A stretch of DNA of 32,000 nt from Trichlorobacter lovleyi SZ (GTDB lineage Bacteria > Desulfobacterota > Desulfuromonadia > Geobacterales > Pseudopelobacteraceae). A model generated the notes under the pieces. The model did no database searches. It was not told where the DNA came from and saw only the letters and a program-made list of their open reading frames with translations. The translations under genes and the position numbers were made by a program. The DNA lies in contig NC_010814.1 of the NCBI RefSeq assembly GCF_000020385.1, positions 90,001-122,000 of the forward strand, in the 5' to 3' direction. This document shows, piece by piece, positions 1-9,870 of this stretch (within the stretch, counting starts at the first letter, position 1; the number at the start of each line of letters is the position of its first letter).

Positions 1-118
1 CCGGTTGACCTGCCGGGGGCGGTCTTTATGCCCCCGGTCACGGTCTGACCGGCTTGTTGGGATGTCTCTTAAGTTCCATTTTCAAGGTCTGCCCCCTCAT
101 CTTGTTCTTCCAAGAGAG

Positions 119-991
119 TTAACAATCAGTTACGACATGTTCTTGTATTTCCTCAATTGCATTTCTTGGGTTGTAAATTTCCGAATTAAATGGCCATAGA
201 GGGTGCATCAGGGGAAATCTTGATATGTTGATTTGGGAAGGGTAGGAAGCACTTCTGAATGAAAGGTGGTTGTCGTACTGAGCTGACAAATAGTATCCTT
301 CGTGCCCTTTCATCGCAGCAGCCTGGATATTCCCACCGACAAGTAAGTTTTGAGGATCCTCGATTTCTCTTCTTATTGCTCTTACACAAGCAATTTCCAA
401 TGCAGTCTCGATCGGCATTCGTGGCTTACAAATCAATAACTTATTAACCTCACATAGAATAATACCCTTTATTTCGTTTTTTCTATCGCCAATAACTCCG
501 AAATAGACACCGTGTTCATTCGGAACTTCCTCTAACGGGTATACTTCTCTAGGAGTTCCAATTTTTTCAAAAATCCTGGTTCGTCCTGAGTCATCTGCAA
601 GCATAAATAAGTATTCAATTTCTTTGTCATAAGCAGTCCGCCAGAAGTTGTCTATAGTTTCGTCTATTATTTCGATCAGTTGATCAAATTTTGCTCCACC
701 AAGCAATCCGATTATGACAGCTTCTAAATGTATTATGCTTTGAAGTCCAAGGGAGACTGCTCCTGCAACAGATGCAACAATGTCTCGGCGACCTCGTTTT
801 CTATCCGACTTCATGACGTGCAGTTTGATTCCAAAATCATTTTGATGACATATTTCTGTATCTGATGGGATGTTGACAAAACCATTCTCGACATTCTTAT
901 TCCTCACTACTGTCAGTCTTGAATCTGAGAGTGCCATGGCTTGATCATATGCTTCTCTATTAAAATGTCTGTATGAAATACAAAGCGTCAT
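119..991 (-). CDS. hypothetical protein, AT-rich orphan (no family recognised)
   Basis: 290-aa ORF and the only long ORF here. DNA is visibly AT-rich against GC-rich flanks. Amino-acid composition is balanced, unlike shadow ORFs. It lies directly downstream of, and co-oriented with, the Fic gene. I can name no catalytic motif. Confidence 0.5.
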   Translation of the reverse strand: MTLCISYRHFNREAYDQAMALSDSRLTVVRNKNVENGFVNIPSDTEICHQNDFGIKLHVMKSDRKRGRRDIVASVAGAVSLGLQSIIHLEAVIIGLLGGAKFDQLIEIIDETIDNFWRTAYDKEIEYLFMLADDSGRTRIFEKIGTPREVYPLEEVPNEHGVYFGVIGDRKNEIKGIILCEVNKLLICKPRMPIETALEIACVRAIRREIEDPQNLLVGGNIQAAAMKGHEGYYLSAQYDNHLSFRSASYPSQINISRFPLMHPLWPFNSEIYNPRNAIEEIQEHVVTDC

Positions 992-1030
992 AGTATTGTC
1001 GAGTTCCCTGAAGTGACCAACTAGTTATTG

Positions 1031-1062
1031 ACCGGTTAACGCGCGCACGCGCGTGAACCGGT
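1031..1062 (-). terminator. GC-rich hairpin between the Fic gene and the AT-rich orphan gene
   Basis: ACCGGTTAACGCGCG-CA-CGCGCGTGAACCGGT gives 15-nt arms with one mismatch. It lies 43 nt after the Fic stop. There is no clear U-tract, so terminator function is uncertain. Confidence 0.4.
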
Positions 1063-1104
1063 GATCTACCCAAATGGAATGTTTATCAATTGCGCCAGCC
1101 AGTG

Positions 1105-2319
1105 CTACCCAAGGCTTGCCTCAACTCCCTCGGGATACAGGCGCGGAAAATAATATCCTGCCAGCTCTGCTGGAAAACCAAGCCTGACCGGGCCTTTTTC
1201 AGAATCTGAAACCAGATAGCCTTTGCCTACAAGCGCGCTGATCACCCGGCGGGCCGAGCGTTCCGGCATGCCGATAATTTTGGGTATTTCTCCCCGTGGC
1301 AGTTCTCCCCGCAGGAAGATATCCCGCAGCAGATGACCGGCTTCTGGCTTCAGTTCACCCAGCAAAACCTGACGGTCAACCACCGCCTGTATCCGTTGCT
1401 GCATGCCATCCAGCTCCAGCAGGCCTGCCATAAAATCAATCTGGTCAATGGCGGTTTTTAGAAAGAAGCTGCAGAATGCCAACAGACCGGCTTGGGTCAG
1501 GTTTCCCCGGCCATCCAGATCACCCCGCCGGGGCTGATCAGCCCCGGCCAGGGCCGTAAGGTATGCCTCGCGATTTCTGGCAAATCCCCGGGAGACAGTC
1601 CATAAGCCATGCCCGTCCAGTCCGGCCTTTTTCAGGTAGGCATGGGTCATCAGACGGGTAACACGGCCGTTGCCATCAAGAAACGGGTGGATCCAGGCGA
1701 GGCGATGATGTGAGGCTGCCACGGCAATAACCTGTTGCTGGCTGTTGAGTATGCCGGGGTTGTAGACCTCTTCAAATCTTTGCATAAATGCGGACAGGCA
1801 GGCCGATTTGGGCGGCAGATGCCGTCCTACCTTAACCTCAGAGGTCCTGAGTAGGCCGGGAATCACTCGTTCTACGTTTCCGTCGGCATGCTGGACAACG
1901 CGGAACTCTTCCGGCATCCGTTCATAAAACTCGCTATGTATCCAGCAGAGAAAGTCCTTCGCAGTAATGATGGTTTCCGGGGCGGCCTCAAGCCGGGCTT
2001 CAATGGCTTTCTGTACCTCAATATGCGCCTTGCTTTCCAGTTGGCGCGCCCGTTTGGCAGGGTCTGCAAAAAAATCGTTCCGCATGGCCCGATCAATGTC
2101 TACGGGGTGGGTAGTATGCCCTTCTATCAGATTGGAATAGTAGCTGTTCATCTTTCTGACCAGCTCTACAATGCCGCGACGGGTAACGGGATGAACTGCT
2201 GTACTGACGGCAGCTGATTTGCGAATTACCGCAATTGCCAGATCAGCCAGTTCACCGGTGGGGTCGGCGGGCAGCATCGGTTCCATTTCTGAAATGTTGG
2301 TATAAAAGCCGTCTTGCAT
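1105..2319 (-). CDS. Fic family protein (class II, N-terminal inhibitory helix, C-terminal winged-helix)
   Basis: Canonical Fic motif HPFLDGNGRVTR. The inhibitory motif [ST]xxxE[GN] is present as SNLIEG near the N-terminus. The C-terminal part (GMPERSARRVISALVGKGYLV) looks wHTH-like. Confidence 0.9.
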   Translation of the reverse strand: MQDGFYTNISEMEPMLPADPTGELADLAIAVIRKSAAVSTAVHPVTRRGIVELVRKMNSYYSNLIEGHTTHPVDIDRAMRNDFFADPAKRARQLESKAHIEVQKAIEARLEAAPETIITAKDFLCWIHSEFYERMPEEFRVVQHADGNVERVIPGLLRTSEVKVGRHLPPKSACLSAFMQRFEEVYNPGILNSQQQVIAVAASHHRLAWIHPFLDGNGRVTRLMTHAYLKKAGLDGHGLWTVSRGFARNREAYLTALAGADQPRRGDLDGRGNLTQAGLLAFCSFFLKTAIDQIDFMAGLLELDGMQQRIQAVVDRQVLLGELKPEAGHLLRDIFLRGELPRGEIPKIIGMPERSARRVISALVGKGYLVSDSEKGPVRLGFPAELAGYYFPRLYPEGVEASLG

Positions 2320-2334
2320 GCTGGCTCCATTGAC

Positions 2335-2355
2335 TTGGCCGATATTTTGGCCGAT
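2335..2355. repeat. two tandem TTGGCCGAT boxes (12-bp period) in the Fic 5' leader
   Basis: TTGGCCGAT at 2335-2343 and 2347-2355, 16 nt upstream of the Fic ATG (2319). Confidence 0.8.
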
Positions 2356-2424
2356 TATTGTTTATACCATAACATACTATAATCATATTAATTAAATAAA
2401 TTTATACGGTACTAGTACGACATT

Positions 2425-2445
2425 TTGGCCGATGTTTTGGCCGAT
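2425..2445. repeat. two tandem TTTTGGCCGAT boxes (12-bp period) distal to the Fic promoter
   Basis: TTGGCCGAT at 2425-2433 and 2437-2445, in the same orientation as the proximal pair. The pairs are separated by a roughly 70-bp very AT-rich segment containing TATAAT-like hexamers. Confidence 0.8.
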
Positions 2446-2489
2446 GTTGTCATCGTTGCCACAGCAAGCAGTTTTGTTTCGGCCTCGCC

Positions 2490-3422
2490 TTACTCCACAA
2501 TCTCCCACTTTCCGGCCGGGTTGCGCACCACGGTCAGGCGGGGTGGGTAGAGGGTAAACAGGGCCATGGCAGCGCACATCTGGTTTTCATCGCCCTTGAT
2601 CTTCTCAAAAGCAGCCCGGTTAAACGGATGCAGCGGGCTGCCACCCTTGCCCTGCAGCACCAGCTCAGGGCTGTTGGAAATAACCGCTTCCAGTTGTTCT
2701 GCGGTGGGTGCCTTGACCCGGATGCCGACCTTGTAGGCGTTTTCCAGGCATTTGGCCTTTTGCATGGCCGCTACGGTCAGGTTGGGCTGTTTCTCCAGCA
2801 GTTTGTAGGCAGCAGCAAAGTTGGGCTTGAACAGTGTAGCCCGCTCTTTCAGCAGGGCTGCAAGGCTGGACTTGTCTGCCGGGCTTACAACGGTGATGGG
2901 CGGATAATGGTGCCAGGCGCGGTCAACCGCAAAATCAGCAGTAAAGGCCCGCTCAAACACCACCTTACCCTTAACCGGGCGTTCTTCCTTGCCGGTGCCG
3001 CCATAGTTGGTGGCAGTGCTGCGACCGGCACCATCATCAGTGCGGGTTTCCTTATCAGTGACTTCCGACCAGCTGAAACGGGCCAGGTAGGGCTGGGTGG
3101 GATTGGCCGGGGTAAACTCGACCCGGATGCTGTTCATCCCTTTACGCAGGCCCGGTCCCATGGAGCTGGCCGGTATCCAGACCGCCGGCGAGATCTCGCG
3201 CTCTTCAAACAGCACCGGCAGGTCGCGCTTTTCAAGTTCCTGTTCCGCAAGCACCTGGTTGTTGAGAAAGACCACCGCCTTGCCCGGTATGGTGTCAACC
3301 TGCTTGGCGTTGGGGTCAGCAGGGGCAAGATAGGGGGTAAAGTTGAACTCCACATTGATCACGGCGGCAGAGGCAGGCAGGGTGGCAAACAACAGACAGA
3401 CAACCAGCAAAAGGGTACGCAT
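2490..3422 (-). CDS. secreted hypothetical protein
   Basis: 310-aa ORF with signal peptide MRTLLLVVCLLFATLPASAAV. The opposite-strand ORF 2628..3476 is R/G/A-rich and looks like a shadow ORF. Confidence 0.7.
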   Translation of the reverse strand: MRTLLLVVCLLFATLPASAAVINVEFNFTPYLAPADPNAKQVDTIPGKAVVFLNNQVLAEQELEKRDLPVLFEEREISPAVWIPASSMGPGLRKGMNSIRVEFTPANPTQPYLARFSWSEVTDKETRTDDGAGRSTATNYGGTGKEERPVKGKVVFERAFTADFAVDRAWHHYPPITVVSPADKSSLAALLKERATLFKPNFAAAYKLLEKQPNLTVAAMQKAKCLENAYKVGIRVKAPTAEQLEAVISNSPELVLQGKGGSPLHPFNRAAFEKIKGDENQMCAAMALFTLYPPRLTVVRNPAGKWEIVE

Positions 3423-3522
3423 GGGAGAGCCCTCCTGAAAGGTGAGATAGCTGATAATACCGCAGTAATCCGCTGAGTCAAACAGGGGACCCGGCCATTG
3501 CGGTCAGCACTAGCTGCAGGGG

Positions 3523-4710
3523 TCAGCAGGTGGTCGCAGCGTTGTTGGTGCGTTTGGAAATCAGCAGCAGGAACAGCAGCATGGTCAGCAGGGCAATGAC
3601 ACCGGCAGCAACAAAACCGGTGGGATAATCCACCCATTTGAAGGCGATCCCCATGGCGGTGGAGCCGGTCATCATCCCCAGGTAGATGCAGCTGTTGTAC
3701 ATCCCCATGGCAAGCCCGCGCTGCACCGTGGGAACCTGTTCAACGATCAGCGCACTGATGGCGGTGAAGGTGAAGGCCATGCCGATGCCCATCCCCACGG
3801 CACAGAGCACCATCCAGGACAGCTGCGTGGTCTGTCCCAGGGCAGGCAGGGCCAGGGCAAGACAGAACAGCCCGGCGCTGACCAGCAGGCGGCGCTCAAG
3901 CCGGTCGGCTATCATGCCGATCGGTACCCGCCCCACCACGTTGGTGATGGCCTGGGCAGCAAACACCAGGCCGACCTGGCCCGGATCAAGGCCGTGGGAT
4001 GCGGCAAACAACGGCAGGAAGGTCAGAAACAGGCCGAAGCCGATGCAACTGCCGGTGGTGGCCAGCAGGCAGGCCCGCAGGGGGCGGTTGTGCAGCAGGG
4101 TCAGGCTGGCAGCCAGGGCGGCATGCAGTTCGGTCTTGTGACGGGCAGCGGTGCGGGGCAGTACGAGCAGGGCAAGCAGCGCCATGGTTGCCAACATGGT
4201 GCCGGAGACTAAAAAGACATTGCGCAGGCCGACCGTCTTGGCCAGATAGCCACCGGTTGCCGGTCCGATGGTCATGGCAACGTAAATGGCAGTGGTGTAC
4301 CAGCCATAGGCCCGGCCCAGCCGTTCAGAGGGCACAATATCCGCCACCAACGAGAGCATGGCCGGGGCAAAGGCGGCCAGTCCGGCTCCAAACAGCAGGT
4401 AGACTGCTACCAGCTGCAGCGGAGAGCTGCACTGGGTTACCAGCAGTGATGACGCTGCGGTGGCCACAATGCCGCCGATTACCGGTTTGGTGCGGCCAAG
4501 CCGGTCCACCAGCAGACCGGCCGGGATGGACAAAATCCCGGCCGTCACCATGAAGGCGCCGTTGATCAGTCCCACCTGGGCCGGACCTGCCCCCAATGTT
4601 GCCGCAAACAGCGGCAAGACCGGGATGCGCAGGTACGAACTGAAAAAGGTGGCTGATCCGATCAGGCAGAGCAGTACAAAGGAGGCCCTGCCATGCTTAG
4701 TGTGCGTCAC
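3523..4710 (-). CDS. MFS transporter
   Basis: 395 aa and about 12 hydrophobic helices. MFS loop motif GLLVDRLGRTKP between TM2 and TM3, and a second copy-like IGMIADRLERR. Confidence 0.85.
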   Translation of the reverse strand: MTHTKHGRASFVLLCLIGSATFFSSYLRIPVLPLFAATLGAGPAQVGLINGAFMVTAGILSIPAGLLVDRLGRTKPVIGGIVATAASSLLVTQCSSPLQLVAVYLLFGAGLAAFAPAMLSLVADIVPSERLGRAYGWYTTAIYVAMTIGPATGGYLAKTVGLRNVFLVSGTMLATMALLALLVLPRTAARHKTELHAALAASLTLLHNRPLRACLLATTGSCIGFGLFLTFLPLFAASHGLDPGQVGLVFAAQAITNVVGRVPIGMIADRLERRLLVSAGLFCLALALPALGQTTQLSWMVLCAVGMGIGMAFTFTAISALIVEQVPTVQRGLAMGMYNSCIYLGMMTGSTAMGIAFKWVDYPTGFVAAGVIALLTMLLFLLLISKRTNNAATTC

Positions 4711-4718
4711 GGGCGTGG

Positions 4719-5726
<1,008 letters not shown>

Positions 5727-5815
5727 CGCTGTACTCCTCTTTGGACATCTGCACTGTAAGCCGCTGGTTATCATCCCTCAACAATCGTAAGGAGACAATG
5801 GTTTTTATGGTGCCT

Positions 5816-7621
5816 TCAAGGAGCCTTTTCAAGCCGGTAGCCGGAAAAGCTGAGTTGCTCTTTGCCGTTTTCCTGCAGCACCCGGATGGTTTCGCCCATG
5901 CCGCGCCAGAGTCCGACGGTTACTGCCTCATTGTCGGACAGAGGCCGGATAACCTGGCTGATTCTGGCATTACCGAATTCGCGCATGGTGTACTCGATCA
6001 GCAGCAGGCCGTCAGCCAGCCGCAGGCTAATCTCGTCGGCAAACTGCGTGTCGTCACCAAGGTTGGTGATACGATAGCTGCCCAGCCGTTGCTGCCAGGC
6101 CGCTGACAGTGCCACCGGTGTGACCTTCTCGCCAATTACCACTTCCTGCTCTCCATCCGATGCCTTCAGCAGTTCGTGACCGCTTACGTTTACGCGGCTG
6201 ACGCCATAGTGGCCAAGCTCCCCCAGATCAATCGGAAACAGCCCCAACAGCCGGTACTGAATCTGCAGTTTTTTGTCCTGCCGTGGCACCAGCCGGAATG
6301 AACGATCCATCAGCTCTGCCTTGAGATACCCTGGTCCAGCAGTCAGCGTCCCCAGACCGGCCATGGTGGCATAGCTGCCTTCATAGGCCTTCAGCTCGTC
6401 CGCTGACAGGAATTCGCCGGTGAGAATCGGCTTCTTCTCCGGTTGTTTCCGGCCGGTCTTGATTTCAACCGCAAGCTTCAGTGCCTCGGTGGAAATGGTA
6501 TTTACCAGCCCCTGGGCGCTATTGGAGTTGGATAGCACAATCACCCCCAGTTTGACCTGGGGCAGCACCACCAGCTGGGCACGGTGGTACAGGGTGGCGC
6601 CGCTGTGGTGGGCCACGGTACCGACATTTTTGATGTTGATGCCGCCCAGACCATCCAGCATCCAGCCCAGGCCGATCCGGAAGCCCTGGTCAAGCGCTAC
6701 GCTGCTGTTCTGGGGCCGCAGCATCTCACGGACGGTTTCCGGCTTGATGATTCTCTGGCCGTTAAACTCCCCTTCGGCCAGGATCATGCGGATAAACCGG
6801 CTCATATCGTTGACCGATGCATTCAGGCCTCCAGCCGGCATATCACGCAAAGGCGGCTCCGGCTTTTCATCGCTGCCACTGTAGGCCCTGGCCGCAGGAG
6901 CCGCACTGCCAATGCCGGGAGAGAACGCAGAATGCTGCATCCCCAACGGCGACAACAGGGCCTGCTGCATATAGCCGGCAAACTCCTGACCGCTGACGTT
7001 CTGTACTGCCAGCCCCAGCAGTGACATCCCCAGATTTGAATAGGATAAGAACGTGTCGGGCGGAAATGCAGCGTATTCATCCCTGATCAGAGCAGGCAGG
7101 CTACTGATCGGCTGAGGCTGTCTGGTCCACATCCCCTTGGCATAATCAGACGGGATGCCGGAATGGTGGGTCATGATACTGCGCAGGGTAATTGGTTTGG
7201 CATTGCTGAATCTGGAGCGGAGCGAAAAATCAGGGATGTAGGTTGCCAGCGGCGCATCAAGATCAAGCCTGCCCTGTTCCACCAGTTGCATGGCAGCGGT
7301 GCTGGTGAACAGCTTGGAAACCGAGCCGATCCGGTAGACCGTATCAGCCGTGGCCGGAAGCCTGGCAGCGGTATCGGCATACCCAAAACCCTCCGCCCAG
7401 ACCACCTGCTGATCATCCACCAGTGCAATGGAGAGCCCCTGGACATTGTTTTTTGACATCTCTTTACGGATCAGCCAGGTTATATGCTCTTTCAGGTAGC
7501 CATACTCACCGGGAACCAGGGCCTGCGGTCTGACTGGTGGTGAAGCGCAGCCTGCAAGCAGAGCCAGCATCAGGAGAGCAGACAGTAGTAAGCATGCAAT
7601 TTTCTTGAATGGGTGATGCAT
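5816..7621 (-). CDS. serine hydrolase, beta-lactamase/AmpH-like fold, lipoprotein, with long C-terminal extension
   Basis: SxxK (SVSK), YSN and HSG motifs. Lipobox LLAGC. Start chosen at ATG 7621, preceded by AAGGAGA. Confidence 0.85.
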   Translation of the reverse strand: MHHPFKKIACLLLSALLMLALLAGCASPPVRPQALVPGEYGYLKEHITWLIRKEMSKNNVQGLSIALVDDQQVVWAEGFGYADTAARLPATADTVYRIGSVSKLFTSTAAMQLVEQGRLDLDAPLATYIPDFSLRSRFSNAKPITLRSIMTHHSGIPSDYAKGMWTRQPQPISSLPALIRDEYAAFPPDTFLSYSNLGMSLLGLAVQNVSGQEFAGYMQQALLSPLGMQHSAFSPGIGSAAPAARAYSGSDEKPEPPLRDMPAGGLNASVNDMSRFIRMILAEGEFNGQRIIKPETVREMLRPQNSSVALDQGFRIGLGWMLDGLGGINIKNVGTVAHHSGATLYHRAQLVVLPQVKLGVIVLSNSNSAQGLVNTISTEALKLAVEIKTGRKQPEKKPILTGEFLSADELKAYEGSYATMAGLGTLTAGPGYLKAELMDRSFRLVPRQDKKLQIQYRLLGLFPIDLGELGHYGVSRVNVSGHELLKASDGEQEVVIGEKVTPVALSAAWQQRLGSYRITNLGDDTQFADEISLRLADGLLLIEYTMREFGNARISQVIRPLSDNEAVTVGLWRGMGETIRVLQENGKEQLSFSGYRLEKAP

Positions 7622-7651
7622 CGGATTTCTCCTTGTTACTGTCAAACCGAT

Positions 7652-7960
7652 CTATGGCTTAACCGTAGTTGGCGTTTGGGGACGGCCATCACTTTGCTTT
7701 TGGGTCGTGTTGGTGGCGGCGCCGATTGCCATCCCTTCCAGAAGCCGCCAGGCCCATGGTTTTTCAGCAAGCTGCCGGTCTGTTTTTTTCTCCACGGTTT
7801 GAAGCAGTGGATCAACCGCAGGTTCAGCGAGCGTAGCAGGCACTAACACAACCGGCGGTTTTGGGTTTTCAGCCGGCACAGATTCCTGGGCATTACAGGC
7901 AGCTGCAGCCGCAATCAGGCCAAATACCAGTACAACTGTTGTTCTGCGGGTTGTAACCAT
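7652..7960 (-). CDS. small putative lipoprotein, hypothetical
   Basis: 102 aa, signal peptide plus lipobox (LIAAAAAC), and a GGAGGAAAGG SD. It sits 30 nt upstream of the serine hydrolase start, so they are probably co-transcribed. Confidence 0.55.
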   Translation of the reverse strand: MVTTRRTTVVLVFGLIAAAAACNAQESVPAENPKPPVVLVPATLAEPAVDPLLQTVEKKTDRQLAEKPWAWRLLEGMAIGAATNTTQKQSDGRPQTPTTVKP

Positions 7961-8007
7961 CGCCTTTCCTCCGGATAATACGCTGTAGAGCTATCTCAGC
8001 GGTTGAA

Positions 8008-8064
8008 ATTTATTGTTGAATGATATAGTACTACAATAATAAATTATTGTATTGCAATAATTAT
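8008..8064. promoter_or_regulatory. AT-rich promoter/operator region with nested ATTATTG/CAATAAT inverted repeats
   Basis: ACAATAAT-AA-ATTATTGT (8033-8050), then ATTATTG...CAATAAT (8043-8061), and an upstream ATTTATTGT (8008-8016). It lies immediately 5' of the DUF2975-HTH operon. Confidence 0.5.
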
Positions 8065-8081
8065 TTAGGGGCGTGCATGCG

Positions 8082-8609
8082 ATGAAACAACAAAATCTGA
8101 CCACAACAAGCCGTACCCTGCAGTGGACGATTGTAGGGCTCTGGCTGCTGACGCTGCTGATTGCCGTGCTGCGTTGGACTGCGGCAAACCTGGTGGCCTG
8201 GCTGCCGCCAACACTGGCAGCCCAGGTTGGTAGCAGCAGCGTGACACCCGCTATCCGGCTGGCCTGTTTTGTGGTAGAGCTGATTCCGCTGGCTGCGGCC
8301 TATTACGCACTTGCCGCGCTGTATCGCATCTGCAGGGCCTATGGCAGGGGTGAAATCTTCAGGCTGGAAACCGGTATCCTGTATCGCCGCTTTGGCAGGG
8401 GGCTTTTGCTGCTGGGTGGGGCAAATGCGCTCTATACATCGCTGTTGTCCGCCCTGCTGTCGTTTGCAGTACAGGGAAAACTGACCATCTCGGTTGGCCT
8501 GAGTACCGCTGACCTGTATCTGCTGATCGTCGGCTGTGCCGTGCAGATGCTGGGGATGGTGATGGATGAGGCCTACCGGCTGCATGATGAAAACAGTCAG
8601 ATTGTGTAA
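8082..8609 (+). CDS. DUF2975-type membrane protein
   Basis: Four-helix membrane protein ending ...LHDENSQIV and followed 10 nt later by a YozG-type HTH gene, which is the classic pairing. ATG 8082 is preferred over GTG 8073. Confidence 0.75.
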   Translation: MKQQNLTTTSRTLQWTIVGLWLLTLLIAVLRWTAANLVAWLPPTLAAQVGSSSVTPAIRLACFVVELIPLAAAYYALAALYRICRAYGRGEIFRLETGILYRRFGRGLLLLGGANALYTSLLSALLSFAVQGKLTISVGLSTADLYLLIVGCAVQMLGMVMDEAYRLHDENSQIV

Positions 8610-8618
8610 GGGGCAGGC

Positions 8619-8831
8619 ATGTCGATTGTCGTTAACCTGGATATCATGCTTGCAAAACGCAAGGTCAAATCAAAGGATCTGGCCGAGCAGATCGGCATTA
8701 CCGAAGCAAACCTGTCACTCCTGAAGAGCGGCAAGGTCAAAGGGGTGCGCTTTGCCACACTGGAGGCGATCTGTCGCTATCTGGACTGTCAGCCCGGCGA
8801 TCTGCTGGAATACCAGCCGGATCAGGAATAA
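8619..8831 (+). CDS. XRE/Cro-type HTH transcriptional regulator (YozG-like)
   Basis: 70 aa. The sequence NLDIMLAKRKVKSKDLAEQIGITEANLSLLKSGKVKGVRFATLEAICRYLDCQPGDLLEY is a near-textbook YozG-family sequence. Confidence 0.9.
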   Translation: MSIVVNLDIMLAKRKVKSKDLAEQIGITEANLSLLKSGKVKGVRFATLEAICRYLDCQPGDLLEYQPDQE

Positions 8832-8884
8832 ACAGGCCACATAGCAGCCCAACTTTCGTTTTGGCTTCCGTGAGTTGCTGGGCT

Positions 8885-8922
8885 ACAAAAAACTACGGGC
8901 GTCCGGTTATGGACGCCCGTAG
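8885..8922 (-). terminator. rho-independent terminator between convergent HTH and pirin genes
   Basis: Perfect 12-bp stem CTACGGGCGTCC-GGTTAT-GGACGCCCGTAG (8893-8922), followed on the minus strand by a T-run (A-run 8886-8892 on plus). Confidence 0.8.
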
Positions 8923-8946
8923 CTCTCTGCGCAACAGCGGCCTGCG

Positions 8947-9867
8947 CTACTTCACAAAGCTGCCGTTATGGTACTCTTCAAAGGCGATACGCAGCTCTTC
9001 GCGACTGTTCATCACAATCGGCCCCTGCCAGGCAATCGGTTCACCCAGCGGCTGTCCGACCAGCAGCAGGAAGCGCAGCCCCTGCTCACCGGCAGTCACC
9101 CGGATGCCCTCCCCTTGGTGCTCGTACAGTATGGTTGTCTCGGGGCCAAAGCAGCAGTCCCGCTCCAGATCCAGCCAGCCCGTACCGGCATAGTCGTAGG
9201 CATAGGGATCACGGCCCTGATCAAAATAGCCCTGGCCGCTCAGCAGATAGGCCACCACGGTGTAGCCATCGGTTACGGCATGCTCAAAAACGGTGCCCGG
9301 CAGCAGGCGTACATCCAGCAGTTCCGGATCGGCCAGGATATCCTGTACCGGTCCCTGCACACCGGCCACCTTTCCTGCGATCACTTTAATTGAGGCACCA
9401 TTCTCCAGGGTTACTTCGGGGATGGTGGCAGCCGGGACATCGCGGTAGCGGGGGGCGATCATCTTTTGGCTGGCCGGCAGGTTGGTCCAGAACTGGAAGC
9501 CCCACATGGTGCCGCTGGGACTCAGTTTGGGCATCTCTTGATGGATGACGCCGCTGCCGGCCGTCATCCATTGTACGTCGCCGGCCCCGATCACCCCGCT
9601 GTTGCCCATGCTGTCGCCATGTTCCACCCGCCCCTCAAGGATGTAGGTGATGGTCTCGATCCCGCGGTGGGGATGCCAGGGAAAGCCTGCCAGATACTCG
9701 TCCGGGTTGTTGGTGTGGAAATCGTCCAGCATCAGGAACGGGTCGAACAGCGGGAGCTGGTGATAACCAAAGGCCCGCTTGAGGTGGACACCGGCTCCCT
9801 CTATGGTGGGAACGCTTTTAAACACCTTGCTGATGGAACGTGGTTGCATGTCTGGGTACCTCATCAT
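8947..9867 (-). CDS. pirin family protein
   Basis: HPHRGIETITYILEG motif and a bicupin-length protein. The start could be ATG 9849 (MQPRSISK, GAGG SD) instead of 9867. Confidence 0.9.
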   Translation of the reverse strand: MMRYPDMQPRSISKVFKSVPTIEGAGVHLKRAFGYHQLPLFDPFLMLDDFHTNNPDEYLAGFPWHPHRGIETITYILEGRVEHGDSMGNSGVIGAGDVQWMTAGSGVIHQEMPKLSPSGTMWGFQFWTNLPASQKMIAPRYRDVPAATIPEVTLENGASIKVIAGKVAGVQGPVQDILADPELLDVRLLPGTVFEHAVTDGYTVVAYLLSGQGYFDQGRDPYAYDYAGTGWLDLERDCCFGPETTILYEHQGEGIRVTAGEQGLRFLLLVGQPLGEPIAWQGPIVMNSREELRIAFEEYHNGSFVK

Positions 9868-9870
9868 GGC

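Noticed and set aside
1-118. Hairpin CCGGGGGC-N9-GCCCCCGG (13-37), and a possible fourth, degenerate copy of the intergenic repeat (TTCCATTTTCAAGG at 75-90 resembles TTCCATTTCAAGG of copy B).
   Set aside because: The similarity to the repeat family is only about 14 nt plus a weak ATCTT(C)GTT match, and the rest does not align. The hairpin has no U-tract and is cut by the window edge, so neither can be supported.
1-1040. CCGGTT(G/A)AC at 1-9 and 1032-1040, as possible direct repeats flanking the AT-rich orphan gene (an att-like duplication).
   Set aside because: Only 8 of 9 nt are shared, and the second copy is part of the hairpin stem. This is too short to distinguish from chance in GC-rich DNA.
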